DNA from: Limnohabitans sp. Rim8
GTDB lineage: Bacteria; Pseudomonadota; Gammaproteobacteria; Burkholderiales; Burkholderiaceae_C
NCBI GenBank assembly: GCA_945875955.1
Contig: CAMCNQ010000001.1
Location: 1-41,237, forward strand
DNA: 41,237 bases
Reading direction: 5' to 3'
Positions 1-11,719 of this stretch are shown here, one piece after another. Below the pieces are notes generated by a model. The model was not told where the DNA came from and did no database searches. It saw only the letters and a list, made by a program, of their open reading frames with translations. The stretch's first letter is position 1; each line of letters opens with the position of its first letter. The translations under genes and the position numbers were made by a program.

Positions 1-1
1 C

Positions 2-487
2 TGGCAAGCCGCGGGTTTTGACGATGCCCGCCAACGCGTGGCGCAGTTTGACCGCGAAGCCTGTGTGCTGCCCTTGCTCGACGCCACTTTGTTGCCTGTG
101 GGAGGCACTTTGGCCTCGGCCGGTCAGCGCCACCACCAACTCACCCGCGTGCTGCGCGAGGCCATGCAATCGGTGCTGCGCCGCTTGCAGTGGGGGCAGG
201 TGCTGCTGGCCACGGCCGGGTCCATCTCGCCCTTCATCGGTTTGCTGGGCACGGTTTGGGGCATTTTTAATGCCTTGAGCGGCATGGCCGATGGCGGCCC
301 CATCCGCATCGAACAAATTGCCGGGCCTGTGGGCGAAGCCCTGGTCATGACCGCTGCCGGTCTGGCGGTGGCGATTCCGGCGGTGCTGGGCTACAACCTG
401 CTGGGGCGGCGCATTGGCCAGATCGAGGCCGAACTCGAAGGCTTTGCGCACGATGTGCGGGCCTTGCTCGCTGGCCCTCAAGACTGA
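2..487 (+). CDS. exbB: MotA/TolQ/ExbB proton-channel family protein (5'-truncated by window edge)
   Basis: Frame is open from position 2. Motifs SPFIGLLGTVWGI and GEALVMTAAGLAVAIPAV. Immediately followed by exbD. Confidence 0.88.
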   Translation, partial: WQAAGFDDARQRVAQFDREACVLPLLDATLLPVGGTLASAGQRHHQLTRVLREAMQSVLRRLQWGQVLLATAGSISPFIGLLGTVWGIFNALSGMADGGPIRIEQIAGPVGEALVMTAAGLAVAIPAVLGYNLLGRRIGQIEAELEGFAHDVRALLAGPQD

Positions 488-493
488 CCAGCC

Positions 494-913
494 ATGGCTT
501 TTGGACGCCTGCCCAGCCGCCCAAGCGATGCGCCCATGAGCGATATCAATGTCACGCCTTTGGTGGACGTGATGCTGGTGTTGCTGGTCATCTTCATCCT
601 GACCGCGCCTTTGATGACCAGCGCCATTCGCCTGGACCTGCCCCAAAGCGAGGGCGGGGAGCCAGGGGCCGCGCTCCAGGCCGTGGTCCTGGTGGTCAAT
701 GCGCAAGGCCAATGGTTCCTGAACGACCAGCTCACTGCCGAAAACGATTTGCGCGAGCAACTGGCCCTAGCCGCCCGCCGCAACCCACTGACTGAGCTGG
801 AACTGCGTGCCGATGCGTCTGTGCCCTATGGCCGGGTGGTTGAGGCCATGGGCCTGGCCCAAAAAGCCGGTTTGAGCCGGATTGGCTTTGTGGCCGAGGT
901 GGTTTCCCCCTGA
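494..913 (+). CDS. exbD: ExbD/TolR biopolymer transport protein
   Basis: INVTPLVDVMLVLLVIFILTAP transmembrane motif, and RADASVPYGRVVEAM C-terminal motif. Confidence 0.92.
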   Translation: MAFGRLPSRPSDAPMSDINVTPLVDVMLVLLVIFILTAPLMTSAIRLDLPQSEGGEPGAALQAVVLVVNAQGQWFLNDQLTAENDLREQLALAARRNPLTELELRADASVPYGRVVEAMGLAQKAGLSRIGFVAEVVSP

Positions 914-993
914 AGCCGCCCGCGTCCGAGCGGCTGTGGCCTTGCAGCGACCGCGCCTAGCCTGGGGCCTCCCAGCCCCTACAATTTAGCCCT

Positions 994-3723
994 ATGCAAG
1001 ACAAGTACAACCACCTCGAAGTCGAACCCGCAGCCCAGTCCCGCTGGACGGCTCGCGATGCCTACCGCGTCACCGAAGACGCCAGCAAAAAGAAGTTCTA
1101 CGCCTGCTCCATGCTGCCCTACCCCAGCGGCAAGCTGCACATGGGCCATGTGCGCACCTACACCATCAACGACATGCTCACGCGCAGCCTGCGCATGAAG
1201 GGTTACAACGTGTTGATGCCCATGGGCTGGGACGCGTTTGGACTGCCGGCTGAAAACGCTGCCTTGAAGAACGGCGTGCCACCGGCCCAGTGGACCTTGG
1301 AAAACATCGCTTACATGAAAAAGCAGATGCAGGCCATGGGCTTGGCCATCGATTGGTCGCGTGAAGTCGCCACTTGCGATCCGACCTATTACAAGTGGAA
1401 CCAGTGGCTGTTTCTGAAGATGCTGGACAAAGGCATTGCCTACCGCAAGACCCAAATCGTCAACTGGGACCCGGTGGACCAGACCGTGCTGGCCAATGAG
1501 CAGGTGATCGATGGCAAAGGCTGGCGCACCGGGGCCGAGGTTGAAAAGCGCGAAATCCCGGGCTACTACCTGAAGATCACCGCTTACGCCCAAGAGTTGC
1601 TGGACCATGTGCAGATCGGCAACGACAAGGCCACCTTGAACGGCTGGCCCGACAAGGTCCGCCTGATGCAGGAAAACTGGATTGGCAAATCCGAGGGTGT
1701 GCGCTTTGCCTTCCCGCATGCCATAGCGGGCGCGGACGGCGGCTTGATTGGCGACGGCAAAATGCATGTGTTCACCACCCGCGCCGACACCCTCATGGGC
1801 GTGACTTTTTGCGCCGTCGCGGCCGAGCACCCCTTGGCCTTGCACGCGGCGGCCAGCCAACCCGCATTGGCGGCGTTCTTGCAAGAGTGCCAATCGGGCG
1901 GCACCACCGAGGCCGAAATGGCCACCCAAGAAAAAAAGGGCATGCCCACAGGGCTGTTCGTCAGCCATCCGCTCACGGGTGATCCGCTTGAAGTCTGGGT
2001 TGGCAATTACGTGCTGATGAGCTATGGCGATGGCGCGGTGATGGGCGTTCCCGCGCACGACGAGCGTGATTTCGCCTTTGCCTTGAAATACAAGCTGCCC
2101 ATCAAGCCCGTGGTGTCGGTCAAAGACCAGGTGTTTGACCCGCAAGTCTGGCACGAGTGGTATGCCGACAAAGCCCATGCCGTGTGCGTCAACTCGGGCG
2201 TACTCGATGGCTTGGGCCAAAAGGCAGCAGTCAGCAAGGTGGCCGAGCTGTTGGCCGACAAAGGCTTGGGCGAAAAGAAAACCACCTGGCGTCTGCGCGA
2301 CTGGGGCGTCAGCCGTCAGCGCTACTGGGGCACACCGATCCCTATCATCCATTGCGAGGTGCATGGTGCCGTGCCCGTGCCTGAAAAAGACCTGCCCGTG
2401 GTTTTGCCCCGCGACTGCATTCCCGACGGCTCAGGCAACCCGCTGTTGAAGCACGAAGGTTTTCACGCGGGCGTGACTTGCCCGGTTTGCGGCAAGCCTG
2501 CTCGCCGCGAAACCGACACGATGGACACTTTCGTGGATTCGTCTTGGTACTTCATGCGCTATTGCGACCCCAGCAATACCGAGCAGATGGTGGCCGAAGG
2601 TGCCGATTACTGGATGCGTGACCCCAACCAGGCCACCGGTGGCAGCGGCATGGACCAATACATTGGCGGCATTGAACACGCCATCTTGCACCTGCTGTAC
2701 GCCCGCTTTTGGACCAAGGTCATGCGCGACATGGGCTTGGTCAAGGTGGATGAACCTTTCAGCAAATTGCTCACGCAAGGCATGGTGCTCAACCACATCT
2801 ATTCACGCCGCACCGCCAAGGGAGGCAAAGACTATTTCTGGCCGCATGACGTCGAACATGTGTTGGACGACGCCGGCAAGGTGTTGGGCGCCAAGCTCAA
2901 GAACGCGGCCGACAGCGGTGATGGCCGATTGCCAGTGGGCACGGCCATCGACTACGAAGGCGTGGGCACCATGTCCAAGTCCAAGAACAACGGCGTGGAC
3001 CCGCAGGACCTGATTGAAAAGTACGGTGCCGACACGGCTCGTCTGTACACCATGTTCACCGCACCACCCGAGGTGACCTTGGAGTGGAACGACTCGGCCG
3101 TGGAAGGCAGCTACCGCTTTTTGCGCCGGGTCTGGAACTTTGCTTTCAAGCACCACGGGCTGCTGCGTTTTGCCACCAGCCAAGACCTGAGCCAGGCTGC
3201 TTTGGGCGACTCGGCCAAGGCCCTGCGCCGCGAGATGCACTTGGTGCTCAAGCAAGTGGGCTACGACTACGAGCGCATGCAATACAACACCGTGGTGTCC
3301 GGTTGCATGAAGCTGCTCAATGCGCTGGAAGACTTCAAGCCCGATGGCAGTGGGCCTTTCAAAGAAGGCAACACCGCCGTCCTGTGCGAAGGCGTTTCGA
3401 TTTTGTTGCGCATGCTCTACCCCGCCTGCCCGCACATCACCGACGACATCTGGCAGCAGCTGGGTTTGGCCAAGGCGGTTGGCGAATTGCTCGACGCGCC
3501 TTGGCCCGAAGTCGACGAATCGGCTTTGCAGCGCGACGAGATCGAGCTCATGCTGCAAATCAATGGCAAGTTGCGTGGCGCGATCGTGGTGCCGGCCACG
3601 GCCGACAAGGCGCATATTGAAGCCGCCGCTTTGGCCAGCGAAGCCTTCTTGAAACAAGCCGCTGGCGCTGCGCCCAAAAAGGTCATCGTCGTGCCGGGAC
3701 GCCTGGTCAACGTGGTGGTCTGA
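994..3723 (+). CDS. leuS: Leucyl-tRNA synthetase
   Basis: [11 protein letters not shown] (HIGH motif), [13 protein letters not shown], editing-domain [29 protein letters not shown] (KMSKS motif). Canonical leuS-lptE-holA synteny. Confidence 0.99.
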   Translation: MQDKYNHLEVEPAAQSRWTARDAYRVTEDASKKKFYACSMLPYPSGKLHMGHVRTYTINDMLTRSLRMKGYNVLMPMGWDAFGLPAENAALKNGVPPAQWTLENIAYMKKQMQAMGLAIDWSREVATCDPTYYKWNQWLFLKMLDKGIAYRKTQIVNWDPVDQTVLANEQVIDGKGWRTGAEVEKREIPGYYLKITAYAQELLDHVQIGNDKATLNGWPDKVRLMQENWIGKSEGVRFAFPHAIAGADGGLIGDGKMHVFTTRADTLMGVTFCAVAAEHPLALHAAASQPALAAFLQECQSGGTTEAEMATQEKKGMPTGLFVSHPLTGDPLEVWVGNYVLMSYGDGAVMGVPAHDERDFAFALKYKLPIKPVVSVKDQVFDPQVWHEWYADKAHAVCVNSGVLDGLGQKAAVSKVAELLADKGLGEKKTTWRLRDWGVSRQRYWGTPIPIIHCEVHGAVPVPEKDLPVVLPRDCIPDGSGNPLLKHEGFHAGVTCPVCGKPARRETDTMDTFVDSSWYFMRYCDPSNTEQMVAEGADYWMRDPNQATGGSGMDQYIGGIEHAILHLLYARFWTKVMRDMGLVKVDEPFSKLLTQGMVLNHIYSRRTAKGGKDYFWPHDVEHVLDDAGKVLGAKLKNAADSGDGRLPVGTAIDYEGVGTMSKSKNNGVDPQDLIEKYGADTARLYTMFTAPPEVTLEWNDSAVEGSYRFLRRVWNFAFKHHGLLRFATSQDLSQAALGDSAKALRREMHLVLKQVGYDYERMQYNTVVSGCMKLLNALEDFKPDGSGPFKEGNTAVLCEGVSILLRMLYPACPHITDDIWQQLGLAKAVGELLDAPWPEVDESALQRDEIELMLQINGKLRGAIVVPATADKAHIEAAALASEAFLKQAAGAAPKKVIVVPGRLVNVVV

Positions 3724-3730
3724 AGGATCC

Positions 3731-4267
3731 ATGACACACCCACGCCGGTCTTTTTTGCACTGCCTGAGCCTGGTGGCCTTGACGGGCGGGCTCACCGGCT
3801 GTGGGTTTGCGCTGCGCCAAAACAATGAATTTGCTTTCAAAACCCTCTACACCAACTTCACGGCCACTTCGCCCGTAGGGGTCGAGTTGCGCCGCAACCT
3901 GTTGGGGACAGGGCGTATCGAGTTGCTCACCGATCCGAAAGAAATGCCCCGCTCGGATGCGATCCTGGACATCCTGAGCGAAGACCGGCAGCAGGTCGCG
4001 GTGGGCGTGAGCGCCACAGGGCAAGTGCGCGAGTTGCAGCTGCGCCTGCGGGTGCGTTTTCGCCTGCGAACGCCACAAGGCCTGGAGCTGATTGCACCCA
4101 CCGATTTGTACCAACAACGCGACTTGAGTTTCTCCGAAACCGCGGCGCTGTCCAAAGAAATCGAGCAAGGCATTTTGTACCGCGACATGCAAACCGACAT
4201 CGTGCAGCAGATCATGCGCCGCCTGTCGGCGGTCAAGCCGCAAGGCCTGCCGGCGGCCAAGCCCTGA
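3731..4267 (+). CDS. lptE: LPS assembly lipoprotein LptE
   Basis: Lipobox LTGC followed by GFALR, C-terminal DMQTDIVQQIMRRL, and position between leuS and holA. Confidence 0.93.
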   Translation: MTHPRRSFLHCLSLVALTGGLTGCGFALRQNNEFAFKTLYTNFTATSPVGVELRRNLLGTGRIELLTDPKEMPRSDAILDILSEDRQQVAVGVSATGQVRELQLRLRVRFRLRTPQGLELIAPTDLYQQRDLSFSETAALSKEIEQGILYRDMQTDIVQQIMRRLSAVKPQGLPAAKP

Positions 4268-4289
4268 TGCCCAAGGGCTGAGCACGCGC

Positions 4290-5342
4290 ATGCAACTGGC
4301 TTTCCCACAACTGAGCGCGCACCTGCAAAAAGGCCTGCGCAGCCTCTATGTTTTGCACGGCGATGAACCCTTGCTCATCCAAGAAGCGGCCGATGCCATT
4401 CGGGCCCATGCGCGTGCCCAAGGCTTCAGCGAACGCAGCGTGCACACCGTGGCGGGCGCGCATTTCGACTGGAGTGAAGTGCTGGCCGCGGGTGGCTCGC
4501 TCAGCCTGTTTGCCGACAAACAAATCCTTGAAGTGCGGGTGCCTTCTGGCAAACCGGGCAAAGAAGGCAGCGCGGCGATTCAGCAACTGGCCGCTGCAGC
4601 CCAAGGCAATGACACCACGCTGAGCTTGTTTTTGCTGCCACGGCTGGATGCGGCCACGCGCAAAGGCGCTTGGTTTGGGGCACTTGAAAACGCGGGTGTG
4701 TCGGTTCAGCTCGACCCGGTAGAGCGCCCAGCCTTGCCCCAGTGGATCGCGCAACGCCTGCAACTGCAGGGCCAACAGGTGGCAGCGGGTGAAGAAGGCC
4801 AGCGCAGCTTGCAGTTTTTTGCCGACCGGGTGGAAGGCAATTTGTTGGCTGCGCACCAGGAAATCCAGAAATTGGGCCTGCTCTACCCTGCGGGCGAACT
4901 CAGCCATGAACAACTGGCGGCCGCTGTGGTCAATGTGGCCCGCTACGATGTCTTCAAGCTCTCCGAGGCCGTGCTCTCGGGCCAAGTGGCTCGGGTGCAG
5001 CGCATGCTTGACGGCTTGCAGGCCGAAGGCGAGGCCGCGGTCTTGGTGCACTACACCTTGGCCGAAGACATCCGCGCTTTGAAGCGCGTCAAAGACGCCA
5101 TGATCGCCGGCAAGCCCATGCCATTGGCCCTGCGCGAGCAGCGGGTGTGGGGGCCGCGTGAGCGCCTGTTTGAGCGGGTGCTGCCGCGCCTGAGCGAAAC
5201 CCGTTTGAACGGCCTGCTGCAAGCGGCCCACCAAGTGGACGGCATCGTCAAAGGCCTGAAAGTCCCCGACTGGCCCACGGACCCATGGCAGGCTTTGCAG
5301 CGCTTGGCGGTGCGCACCGCGCGCTTTTGCAATGTGCGTTGA
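4290..5342 (+). CDS. holA: DNA polymerase III delta subunit
   Basis: YVLHGDEPLL, SLSLFADK, EGNLLAAHQEIQKL and ARYDVFKL motifs, plus synteny. Confidence 0.96.
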   Translation: MQLAFPQLSAHLQKGLRSLYVLHGDEPLLIQEAADAIRAHARAQGFSERSVHTVAGAHFDWSEVLAAGGSLSLFADKQILEVRVPSGKPGKEGSAAIQQLAAAAQGNDTTLSLFLLPRLDAATRKGAWFGALENAGVSVQLDPVERPALPQWIAQRLQLQGQQVAAGEEGQRSLQFFADRVEGNLLAAHQEIQKLGLLYPAGELSHEQLAAAVVNVARYDVFKLSEAVLSGQVARVQRMLDGLQAEGEAAVLVHYTLAEDIRALKRVKDAMIAGKPMPLALREQRVWGPRERLFERVLPRLSETRLNGLLQAAHQVDGIVKGLKVPDWPTDPWQALQRLAVRTARFCNVR

Positions 5343-5441
5343 GGCGCGCACAAGTGGCGCTTACCGAAAACGGGTCAAAAAGTTTTAAAAATAATTCCGG
5401 CAAGAAAAAAAACCTTGTCTGGGTTCTGCGAAAATGCCTGC

Positions 5442-6722
5442 ATGACTGAATTGAACACCGCTGAACACACTCAGGCACTGGGGCAGCAGGCCAAAAAAGC
5501 CTCTGCCTTGATGGCCAAGGCCTCGGCCGATGTCAAAAACAAAGCCTTGCGCCATTTGGCCGCATTGCTGCGCGACAACACCCAGGCCTTGCAAGAAGAC
5601 AACGCCCGCGATTTGGTGCGCGCCCAAGACGCGGGCTTGTCCGAGCCCATGCTTGACCGCCTGAAACTCAGCCCCAAAGTGCTGGAAACCTGCGCCCAGG
5701 GCTGTGAACAGCTGGCGGCCATGCCCGACATGATTGGTGAAATTTTGGGCATGAAGCAAATGCCCAGTGGCATCCGTGTGGGCCAGATGCGGGTGCCCAT
5801 TGGGGTGTTCGGCATGATTTTTGAGAGCCGCCCCAATGTGACCATCGAGGCGGCCAGCCTGTCCATCAAAAGTGGCAATGCCTGCATTTTGCGTGGCGGC
5901 TCCGAAGCCATTGAGTCCAACAAAGCACTGGCCAAACTGGTTCAGCAGGCGCTCTCTTACAGTGGCTTGCCCACCGAGGCGGTGCAGTTGGTGCAGACCA
6001 CCGACCGCGCCGCCGTGGGCCAACTCATCACCATGCCCCAATACGTGGATGTGGTCATTCCCCGTGGCGGCAAGGGCCTGATTGAGCGCATCAGCGCCGA
6101 GGCCAAGGTGCCCGTCATCAAGCACCTGGATGGCAATTGCCACACCTACGTGGACGACCCCTGCGACATGGCCATGGCCGTCAAGGTGGCGGACAATGCC
6201 AAGACCCAAAAATACAGCCCTTGCAACGCCAGCGAAGGTTTGTTGGTCGCGCGTGGCGTGGCGGCCGCGTTTTTGCCCCAAATTGGTGCGCTTTATGCCG
6301 CCAAGGGGGTAGAGATGCGTTGCTGCTCAAAGGCCAAGGCCATTTTGAGCCAGGTCAACGGGGCCAACTTGAAAGACGCGACCGAGCAAGACTGGTTTCA
6401 GGAATACCTGGCCCCCATCATCAGCATCAAGGTGGTGGAGGGAATTGAGCAGGCCATTGCCCACATCAACCACTACAGCAGCCACCACACCGACGCCATC
6501 GTGACGCGCGACCACATGAATGCCCAGCGCTTTTTGCGCGAAGTGGACTCGGCCAGCGTGATGGTCAACACCAGCACCCGTTTTGCCGATGGTTTTGAGT
6601 TTGGCCTGGGGGCAGAAATCGGCATTTCGACCGACAAATTCCATGCCCGGGGGCCGGTTGGCATCGAGGGTTTGACCTCGCTCAAGTACGTTGTGCTCGG
6701 TGATGGTGAAATCCGCACCTGA
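5442..6722 (+). CDS. proA: Gamma-glutamyl phosphate reductase
   Basis: [60 protein letters not shown] and HARGPVG. ATG 5442 is preferred over TTG 5415. Confidence 0.98.
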   Translation: MTELNTAEHTQALGQQAKKASALMAKASADVKNKALRHLAALLRDNTQALQEDNARDLVRAQDAGLSEPMLDRLKLSPKVLETCAQGCEQLAAMPDMIGEILGMKQMPSGIRVGQMRVPIGVFGMIFESRPNVTIEAASLSIKSGNACILRGGSEAIESNKALAKLVQQALSYSGLPTEAVQLVQTTDRAAVGQLITMPQYVDVVIPRGGKGLIERISAEAKVPVIKHLDGNCHTYVDDPCDMAMAVKVADNAKTQKYSPCNASEGLLVARGVAAAFLPQIGALYAAKGVEMRCCSKAKAILSQVNGANLKDATEQDWFQEYLAPIISIKVVEGIEQAIAHINHYSSHHTDAIVTRDHMNAQRFLREVDSASVMVNTSTRFADGFEFGLGAEIGISTDKFHARGPVGIEGLTSLKYVVLGDGEIRT

Positions 6723-6747
6723 ACGCCCCATTCGGGGGCATTGTTCA
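6720..6747 (+). terminator. Possible weak stem-loop after proA
   Basis: GCCCC/GGGGC inner stem with a TGAAC/GTTCA outer stem directly at the stop codon. The U-tract is poor. Confidence 0.3.
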
Positions 6748-6825
6748 GCAGGTGCTTGTAATCGTGCCGACAGGCCCCATATCATTTCTTGGTTTTAGCC
6801 CCAATTAGCCGCAAAAAGGTCGCCC

Positions 6826-8121
6826 ATGGTCCCGCATCTCGTCACCGCCCTGAACGGCCCCATCAATGAGTTGGAGCAGCGCATTCTGGACTCCATGCCC
6901 GCTATCGAGCGCTGGTTTCGCCTGGAATGGATGGAGCACACCCCGCCTTTTTACACCTCGGTGGACATTCGCAATGCGGGTTTCAAATTGGCCCCGGTGG
7001 ACACCAATTTGTATCCCGGTGGCTGGAACAACCTGACCCCTGAGATGCTGCCCTTGGCGGTTCAGGCCGCCCAAGCAGCGGTTGAAAAGATCTGCCCTGA
7101 GGCCAAAAACCTCTTGATCATTCCGGAAAACCACACCCGCAACACCTTTTACCTGAGCAATGTGCTTCAGTTGCAACGCATTTTTCACATGGCTGGCCTG
7201 AATGTGCGCATTGGCTCCATCAACCCTGAAATCAAGGAAACCACCACCATTGATCTGCCCAGCGGTGAAAGCATCACCTTGGAGCCGGTGGTGCGCGGCA
7301 CACACCGCCTGGGCTTGAAAGAATTTGACCCATGCACCATCTTGCTCAACAACGACTTGTCGGCCGGTGCACCGGGCATCTTGGAAGAGCTCAATGAACA
7401 ATTTTTGCTGCCCCCCTTGCACGCGGGCTGGAGCGTGCGCCGCAAGACCAAGCACTTTGAGTGCTACGAGGAAGTGGCCAAGCGCTTTGGCAAATTGCTG
7501 GGCATTGACCCTTGGCTGATCAACCCCATGTTCAGCCGCTGCGGAGATGTGAACTTCGCCGACGGCGAGGGCATGGACGTTTTGCGCAGCCATGTGGATG
7601 CCTTGCTGACCAAGATCAAGCGCAAATACAAGGAATACGGCATCAATGAAAAGCCGTTTGTGATCGTTAAAGCCGACAACGGCACCTATGGCATGGGCAT
7701 CATGACCGTGCGCGATGTGGCCGACTTGGACAGTTTGAACCGCAAAACCCGCAACAAAATGAATGTCATCAAAGACGGCCAGACCGTCAACGATGTGATC
7801 ATTCAAGAAGGCGTGCTCACCAATGAGCGCATCAACGAAGCCGTGGCCGAACCCGTCGTTTACATGATGGACCGTTATGTGGTGGGCGGTTTTTACCGTG
7901 TGCATGCCGATCGCGGCGTGGACGAGAACCTGAACGCCCCGGGTGCCAGCTTTGTGCCACTGGCCTTTGCCGACACCCCGCACCTGCCCCAGCCGGGCAT
8001 CAAGCCGGGCGCCAGCGTTCCCAACCGTTTTTACATGTATGGCGTGATTGGCCGTTTGGCCATGCTGGCGGCCAGTTACGAGCTGGAAGCCACCGATCCC
8101 GAGGCTGAGCAGTACGAGTGA
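6826..8121 (+). CDS. gshA: Glutamate--cysteine ligase (betaproteobacterial ATP-grasp-like GshA type)
   Basis: PPFYTSVDIRNAGFKLAPVDTNLYPGGWNNL, KADNGTYGMGIM, EPVVYMMDRYVVGGFYRVH and NRFYMYGVIGRLA. Confidence 0.95.
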   Translation: MVPHLVTALNGPINELEQRILDSMPAIERWFRLEWMEHTPPFYTSVDIRNAGFKLAPVDTNLYPGGWNNLTPEMLPLAVQAAQAAVEKICPEAKNLLIIPENHTRNTFYLSNVLQLQRIFHMAGLNVRIGSINPEIKETTTIDLPSGESITLEPVVRGTHRLGLKEFDPCTILLNNDLSAGAPGILEELNEQFLLPPLHAGWSVRRKTKHFECYEEVAKRFGKLLGIDPWLINPMFSRCGDVNFADGEGMDVLRSHVDALLTKIKRKYKEYGINEKPFVIVKADNGTYGMGIMTVRDVADLDSLNRKTRNKMNVIKDGQTVNDVIIQEGVLTNERINEAVAEPVVYMMDRYVVGGFYRVHADRGVDENLNAPGASFVPLAFADTPHLPQPGIKPGASVPNRFYMYGVIGRLAMLAASYELEATDPEAEQYE

Positions 8122-8123
8122 AG

Positions 8124-8140
8124 TTGTTGCACTGCAACAA
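8124..8140. promoter_or_regulatory. Perfect 17-bp palindrome, candidate operator (PhaR-like TGC-N3-GCA core)
   Basis: TTGTTGCA-C-TGCAACAA in the gshA-kup spacer. Confidence 0.4.
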
Positions 8141-8233
8141 AACCCCGAGGCCAACCGTGACACAGGGCTGTCATTGGGCGCAAAATAGCCATCTTCAAGA
8201 CTAAAAGCCTGGCCCCCGGTTGGGCCATTTTCT

Positions 8234-10102
8234 GTGTCATCAACAAAATCCTCCCTCGCCGCCCTGACCCTGGGCGCCATTGGCGTGGTTTATGGCGACA
8301 TCGGCACCAGTGTGCTGTACGCGATGAAAGAGGTGTTTGGTTCAGGCCACGTGCCTTTCACGCCCGACAACGTTTACGGCATTCTTTCCATCTTTTTTTG
8401 GACCCTGACCACCATCGTGTCGGTCAAGTACGTGGTTCTGGTGCTGCGCGCCGACAACCACGGCGAAGGCGGCCTGGTCGCCATGTTGGCGCTGGCCTCG
8501 CAATCGGTCAAAGACAAACCCCAACTGCGCAAAGTCTTGTTGCTGGTCGGCATCTTTGGGACCTGCTTGTTTTACGGCGATGGCGTCATCACGCCGGCTA
8601 TTTCGGTGCTGTCTGCTGTTGAAGGTTTGGAGATCATCTCCCCCAACTTCAAAAAGGCGGTGATTCCCCTCACCTTGGTCATCTTGTTCCTGCTGTTTTG
8701 GGTGCAAAAGCGTGGCACCGCCGGCATTGGCAAATTCTTTGGTCCCATCACGCTGGTGTGGTTCCTCGCCATTGCGGTGCTGGGCGTGACACACATTGCC
8801 CACCACCCAGAGATTTTGCTGGCCATCAGCCCGCATTACGCGCTGGGCTTCATGTGGAATGAGCCGGGCATCACTTTCATCATTTTGGGCGCGGTGGTGC
8901 TGTGCGTCACGGGTGGCGAAGCCCTGTACGCCGACATGGGCCACTTTGGCAAAAAACCCATACGCCTGGCCTGGTTCAGCGTCGTCATGCCTTGCCTGAC
9001 CTTGAACTATTTTGGCCAAGGGGCCTTGCTGCTGTCCAATCCCGAAGCCGTCAAAAACCCGTTCTACATGATGGCACCCGACTGGGCCTTGGTGCCCTTG
9101 GTGGGTCTGGCCACCATGGCCACCGTCATCGCCTCACAAGCCTTGATTACTGGCGCTTTCAGCGTGACCAAGCAGGTCATTCAATTGGGGTATTTGCCGC
9201 GCTTGCAGGTGCAACACACCAGCGAAACCGACACCGGGCAGGTTTACATGCCCTTTGTGAACTGGGGCTTGTTTGTCGCCATTGTGTTGGCCGTGGTCAT
9301 GTTCAAGTCGTCCAGCAACCTGGCGGCGGCCTATGGCATTGCGGTGTGCACCGACATGCTGATCACCACCGTGCTCACTTTCTTTGTGATCCGCTACGCC
9401 TGGAAGCTGCCCTTGGCGCTGTGCATCGCTGCGACGGGCTTTTTCTTCGTGGTCGATCTGGCGTTTTGGGCCTCCAACATGCTCAAACTCTTGGACGGTG
9501 GTTGGTTCCCCCTGTTCATTGGCGCGGCCGTGTTCACCTTGATGCTCACTTGGCACGATGGCCGTCGTTTGCTCAACGCCTCTTTGCGCTCGGACGCTTT
9601 GCATTTGCCCGATTTCTTGGAAGCCGTGTTCATCTCGCCGCCCACGCGCGTAGAAGGCACGGCCGTATTTTTGACGGCTGAGACCGGCACTGTGCCCAAC
9701 GCCTTGTTGCACAACCTCAAGCACAACAAGGTGTTGCACGAGCGCAATTTGTTTGTTACCGTGCGCAGCCACGAGGTGCCGCGTGTGGGCTTGGGTCAGC
9801 GCTTGGATGTGACGCCGCTTGGACACGATTCCTGGCAAGTCATCGTCAACTACGGCTTCAAGGACAACCCCGACTTGCCAAGCGCCTTGGCCAGCATCGA
9901 AGGCGAAGGCTACAAGCTCGACCCGATGACGACCAGTTATTTCTTGTCACGCGACATCGTGATTCCCACCATTGGCGGCGGCATGGCCACTTGGCGCGAA
10001 AAATTGTTTGCCAGCATGCACCACAACGCCAGCGGTGCTGCCGCATTCTTGAACTTGCCCACCAATGCGGTGGTGGAACTGGGCTCGAAAATCGAAATTT
10101 AA
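8234..10102 (+). CDS. kup: Potassium transporter Kup
   Basis: [60 protein letters not shown] and [11 protein letters not shown]. Confidence 0.98.
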   Translation: MSSTKSSLAALTLGAIGVVYGDIGTSVLYAMKEVFGSGHVPFTPDNVYGILSIFFWTLTTIVSVKYVVLVLRADNHGEGGLVAMLALASQSVKDKPQLRKVLLLVGIFGTCLFYGDGVITPAISVLSAVEGLEIISPNFKKAVIPLTLVILFLLFWVQKRGTAGIGKFFGPITLVWFLAIAVLGVTHIAHHPEILLAISPHYALGFMWNEPGITFIILGAVVLCVTGGEALYADMGHFGKKPIRLAWFSVVMPCLTLNYFGQGALLLSNPEAVKNPFYMMAPDWALVPLVGLATMATVIASQALITGAFSVTKQVIQLGYLPRLQVQHTSETDTGQVYMPFVNWGLFVAIVLAVVMFKSSSNLAAAYGIAVCTDMLITTVLTFFVIRYAWKLPLALCIAATGFFFVVDLAFWASNMLKLLDGGWFPLFIGAAVFTLMLTWHDGRRLLNASLRSDALHLPDFLEAVFISPPTRVEGTAVFLTAETGTVPNALLHNLKHNKVLHERNLFVTVRSHEVPRVGLGQRLDVTPLGHDSWQVIVNYGFKDNPDLPSALASIEGEGYKLDPMTTSYFLSRDIVIPTIGGGMATWREKLFASMHHNASGAAAFLNLPTNAVVELGSKIEI

Positions 10103-10232
10103 TCGGGGGCTTCTCAAAGCCAAGCATGGGTTTTTGGACCCGCCCCGCCATACTCTGCAACAATTCGATGGGTAAGCCCTGCTGGCAGCAGCTGCGGGTG
10201 AGCAAAGCGGCGAATTTTTACAAAAGGTGGGC

Positions 10233-11714
10233 ATGCAAAAACCTGCGCATTGGGTGCATCGTTTCACGCGCCGTGTGGCCTTTGGCCTGCCACAGACGCT
10301 CGAATTGCCCAAAGACCCCTTGGCATGGGCCAAAGACCAACTTCTGCGCCCTCACGCCATGGACATTTTGGAGCAAGACGGCACCCCCCGTACCGATTTG
10401 CCCGAATGGGTCAAGTTGCTTTGGCGCATGGACGATGTGATGCATGCCTTTGAAAAACACAGGCTGCTTGTGCGGGAGTCTTTCGAAAAAAGCGGGCGTT
10501 TGTCCAAAGCCGCATACCAAGCCGAAAGGCGAAGAGAAGTTTCGATTCCCTATCACCAAGTCGAACACTGGAAAGAGGTGCAAGCGCGCGCGACCACGGC
10601 GCTTTATGGGGGCGCGCCGGTGTTCGAAAGGTTCTGGCATTTTTGGACCAACCACTTCATGGTGGCCCCAGGCAACCAAAACAACGACACCTTGGTCGGG
10701 CCTTTTCAGCGCAGTTTGCGCGAGAAAATGTTGGGCTCCTTCAGAGACATGCTGTGGCATGCCACCACGCACCCGGGCATGCTGGTTTATCTGGACAACA
10801 ACAACAACACCGGGCCACGCTCCAAGGCAGCCCGCGAAAAGTGGACAAGCCACAGCATCAACGAAAACCTGGGCAGAGAACTGCTGGAGTTGTTCACCCT
10901 CAGCCCGCAAAGCGGCTATGGGCAAAAGGATGTGGAAGCCGTCACCTTGATACTCACGGGTTGGCGCGACATGCGCCCGGCCAAGTCGAAAAAAATGGGT
11001 GTGCCTTTGGGCACGTATTTCGATTTCAACTTCCACGAGCCTGGCTCGCAAGAGGTGATGGGTAAAACCTACGACGCGCTGTTTCGGCCTTCTGCCAAAT
11101 TGGAAAACTTGATCAGCGACTTGGCCATTCACCCTGCCACAGCCAGGCATTTGGCGCGCAAATTGTGCGTCTATTTTATGGACGATGAGCCGCCTGAAGC
11201 CGCCATTGGGCATGTGGAAAAAGTCTTTACCCAGTCCAAAGGGCATTTGCCTGCGGTGCACGCGGCCGTGCTGGACATGTGTTGGCTGCATTTGGAGCAA
11301 ACCCAGAAATTTTTGTCGCCTGAAACATGGTTGTTGCAAACATGGAATTTGTCGGGCTTGGCCCCGCCGCGCACCCCCCCGTTGGACGAAAGGGGCGGGT
11401 TGAAAACCCACCATCTCATGGCCGATTTGGGCCAAGCTTTGCCGCGATGCCCGCAGCCCAATGGCTGGCCCATCCGTTCGGTCGATTGGATTTCCAAGGA
11501 AATGCTGGACCGCAGGGTGCGATTTGCCGCTCTCCTCAGCCGCGATTGGCGACAACAAAATGGGCACAGCAGACATGCTTTGGAGGCCATGTGCGAGCGG
11601 CATTTTGAGCCTGAGAGCCCGGAGTTGAAAGTGATTCGAAGTGTGTTGGACCGGGGCGAAATTGGCGACGCCTACACCTTGTTCCATGCCAGCCCCAGCT
11701 TGCTTTGGAGTTGA
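10233..11714 (+). CDS. DUF1800 family protein
   Basis: FWxNHF, HPGMLVYLDN, NENLGRELLELFTL, GYGQKDV, HPATARHLARKL and PQPNGWP motifs. Paired with a DUF1501 gene as is typical. Confidence 0.9.
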   Translation: MQKPAHWVHRFTRRVAFGLPQTLELPKDPLAWAKDQLLRPHAMDILEQDGTPRTDLPEWVKLLWRMDDVMHAFEKHRLLVRESFEKSGRLSKAAYQAERRREVSIPYHQVEHWKEVQARATTALYGGAPVFERFWHFWTNHFMVAPGNQNNDTLVGPFQRSLREKMLGSFRDMLWHATTHPGMLVYLDNNNNTGPRSKAAREKWTSHSINENLGRELLELFTLSPQSGYGQKDVEAVTLILTGWRDMRPAKSKKMGVPLGTYFDFNFHEPGSQEVMGKTYDALFRPSAKLENLISDLAIHPATARHLARKLCVYFMDDEPPEAAIGHVEKVFTQSKGHLPAVHAAVLDMCWLHLEQTQKFLSPETWLLQTWNLSGLAPPRTPPLDERGGLKTHHLMADLGQALPRCPQPNGWPIRSVDWISKEMLDRRVRFAALLSRDWRQQNGHSRHALEAMCERHFEPESPELKVIRSVLDRGEIGDAYTLFHASPSLLWS

Positions 11715-11719
11715 CCGCC

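Noticed and set aside
2968-2982. LeuS KMSKS motif reads TMSKS, with small insertions elsewhere (e.g. [11 protein letters not shown] near 2611-2655)
   Set aside because: The catalytic second Lys is intact. Such variants and loop insertions are ordinary in betaproteobacterial LeuRS.
4267-4281. TGATG-overlapped MPKG mini-ORF between lptE and holA
   Set aside because: Its stop lies 8 nt before the holA ATG and there is no duplicated junction, so it is not a bridged overlap. Compatible with chance.
5343-5441. AT-rich A-tract region upstream of proA
   Set aside because: Explicable as ordinary promoter/UP-element sequence, with no convincing repeat or RNA structure.
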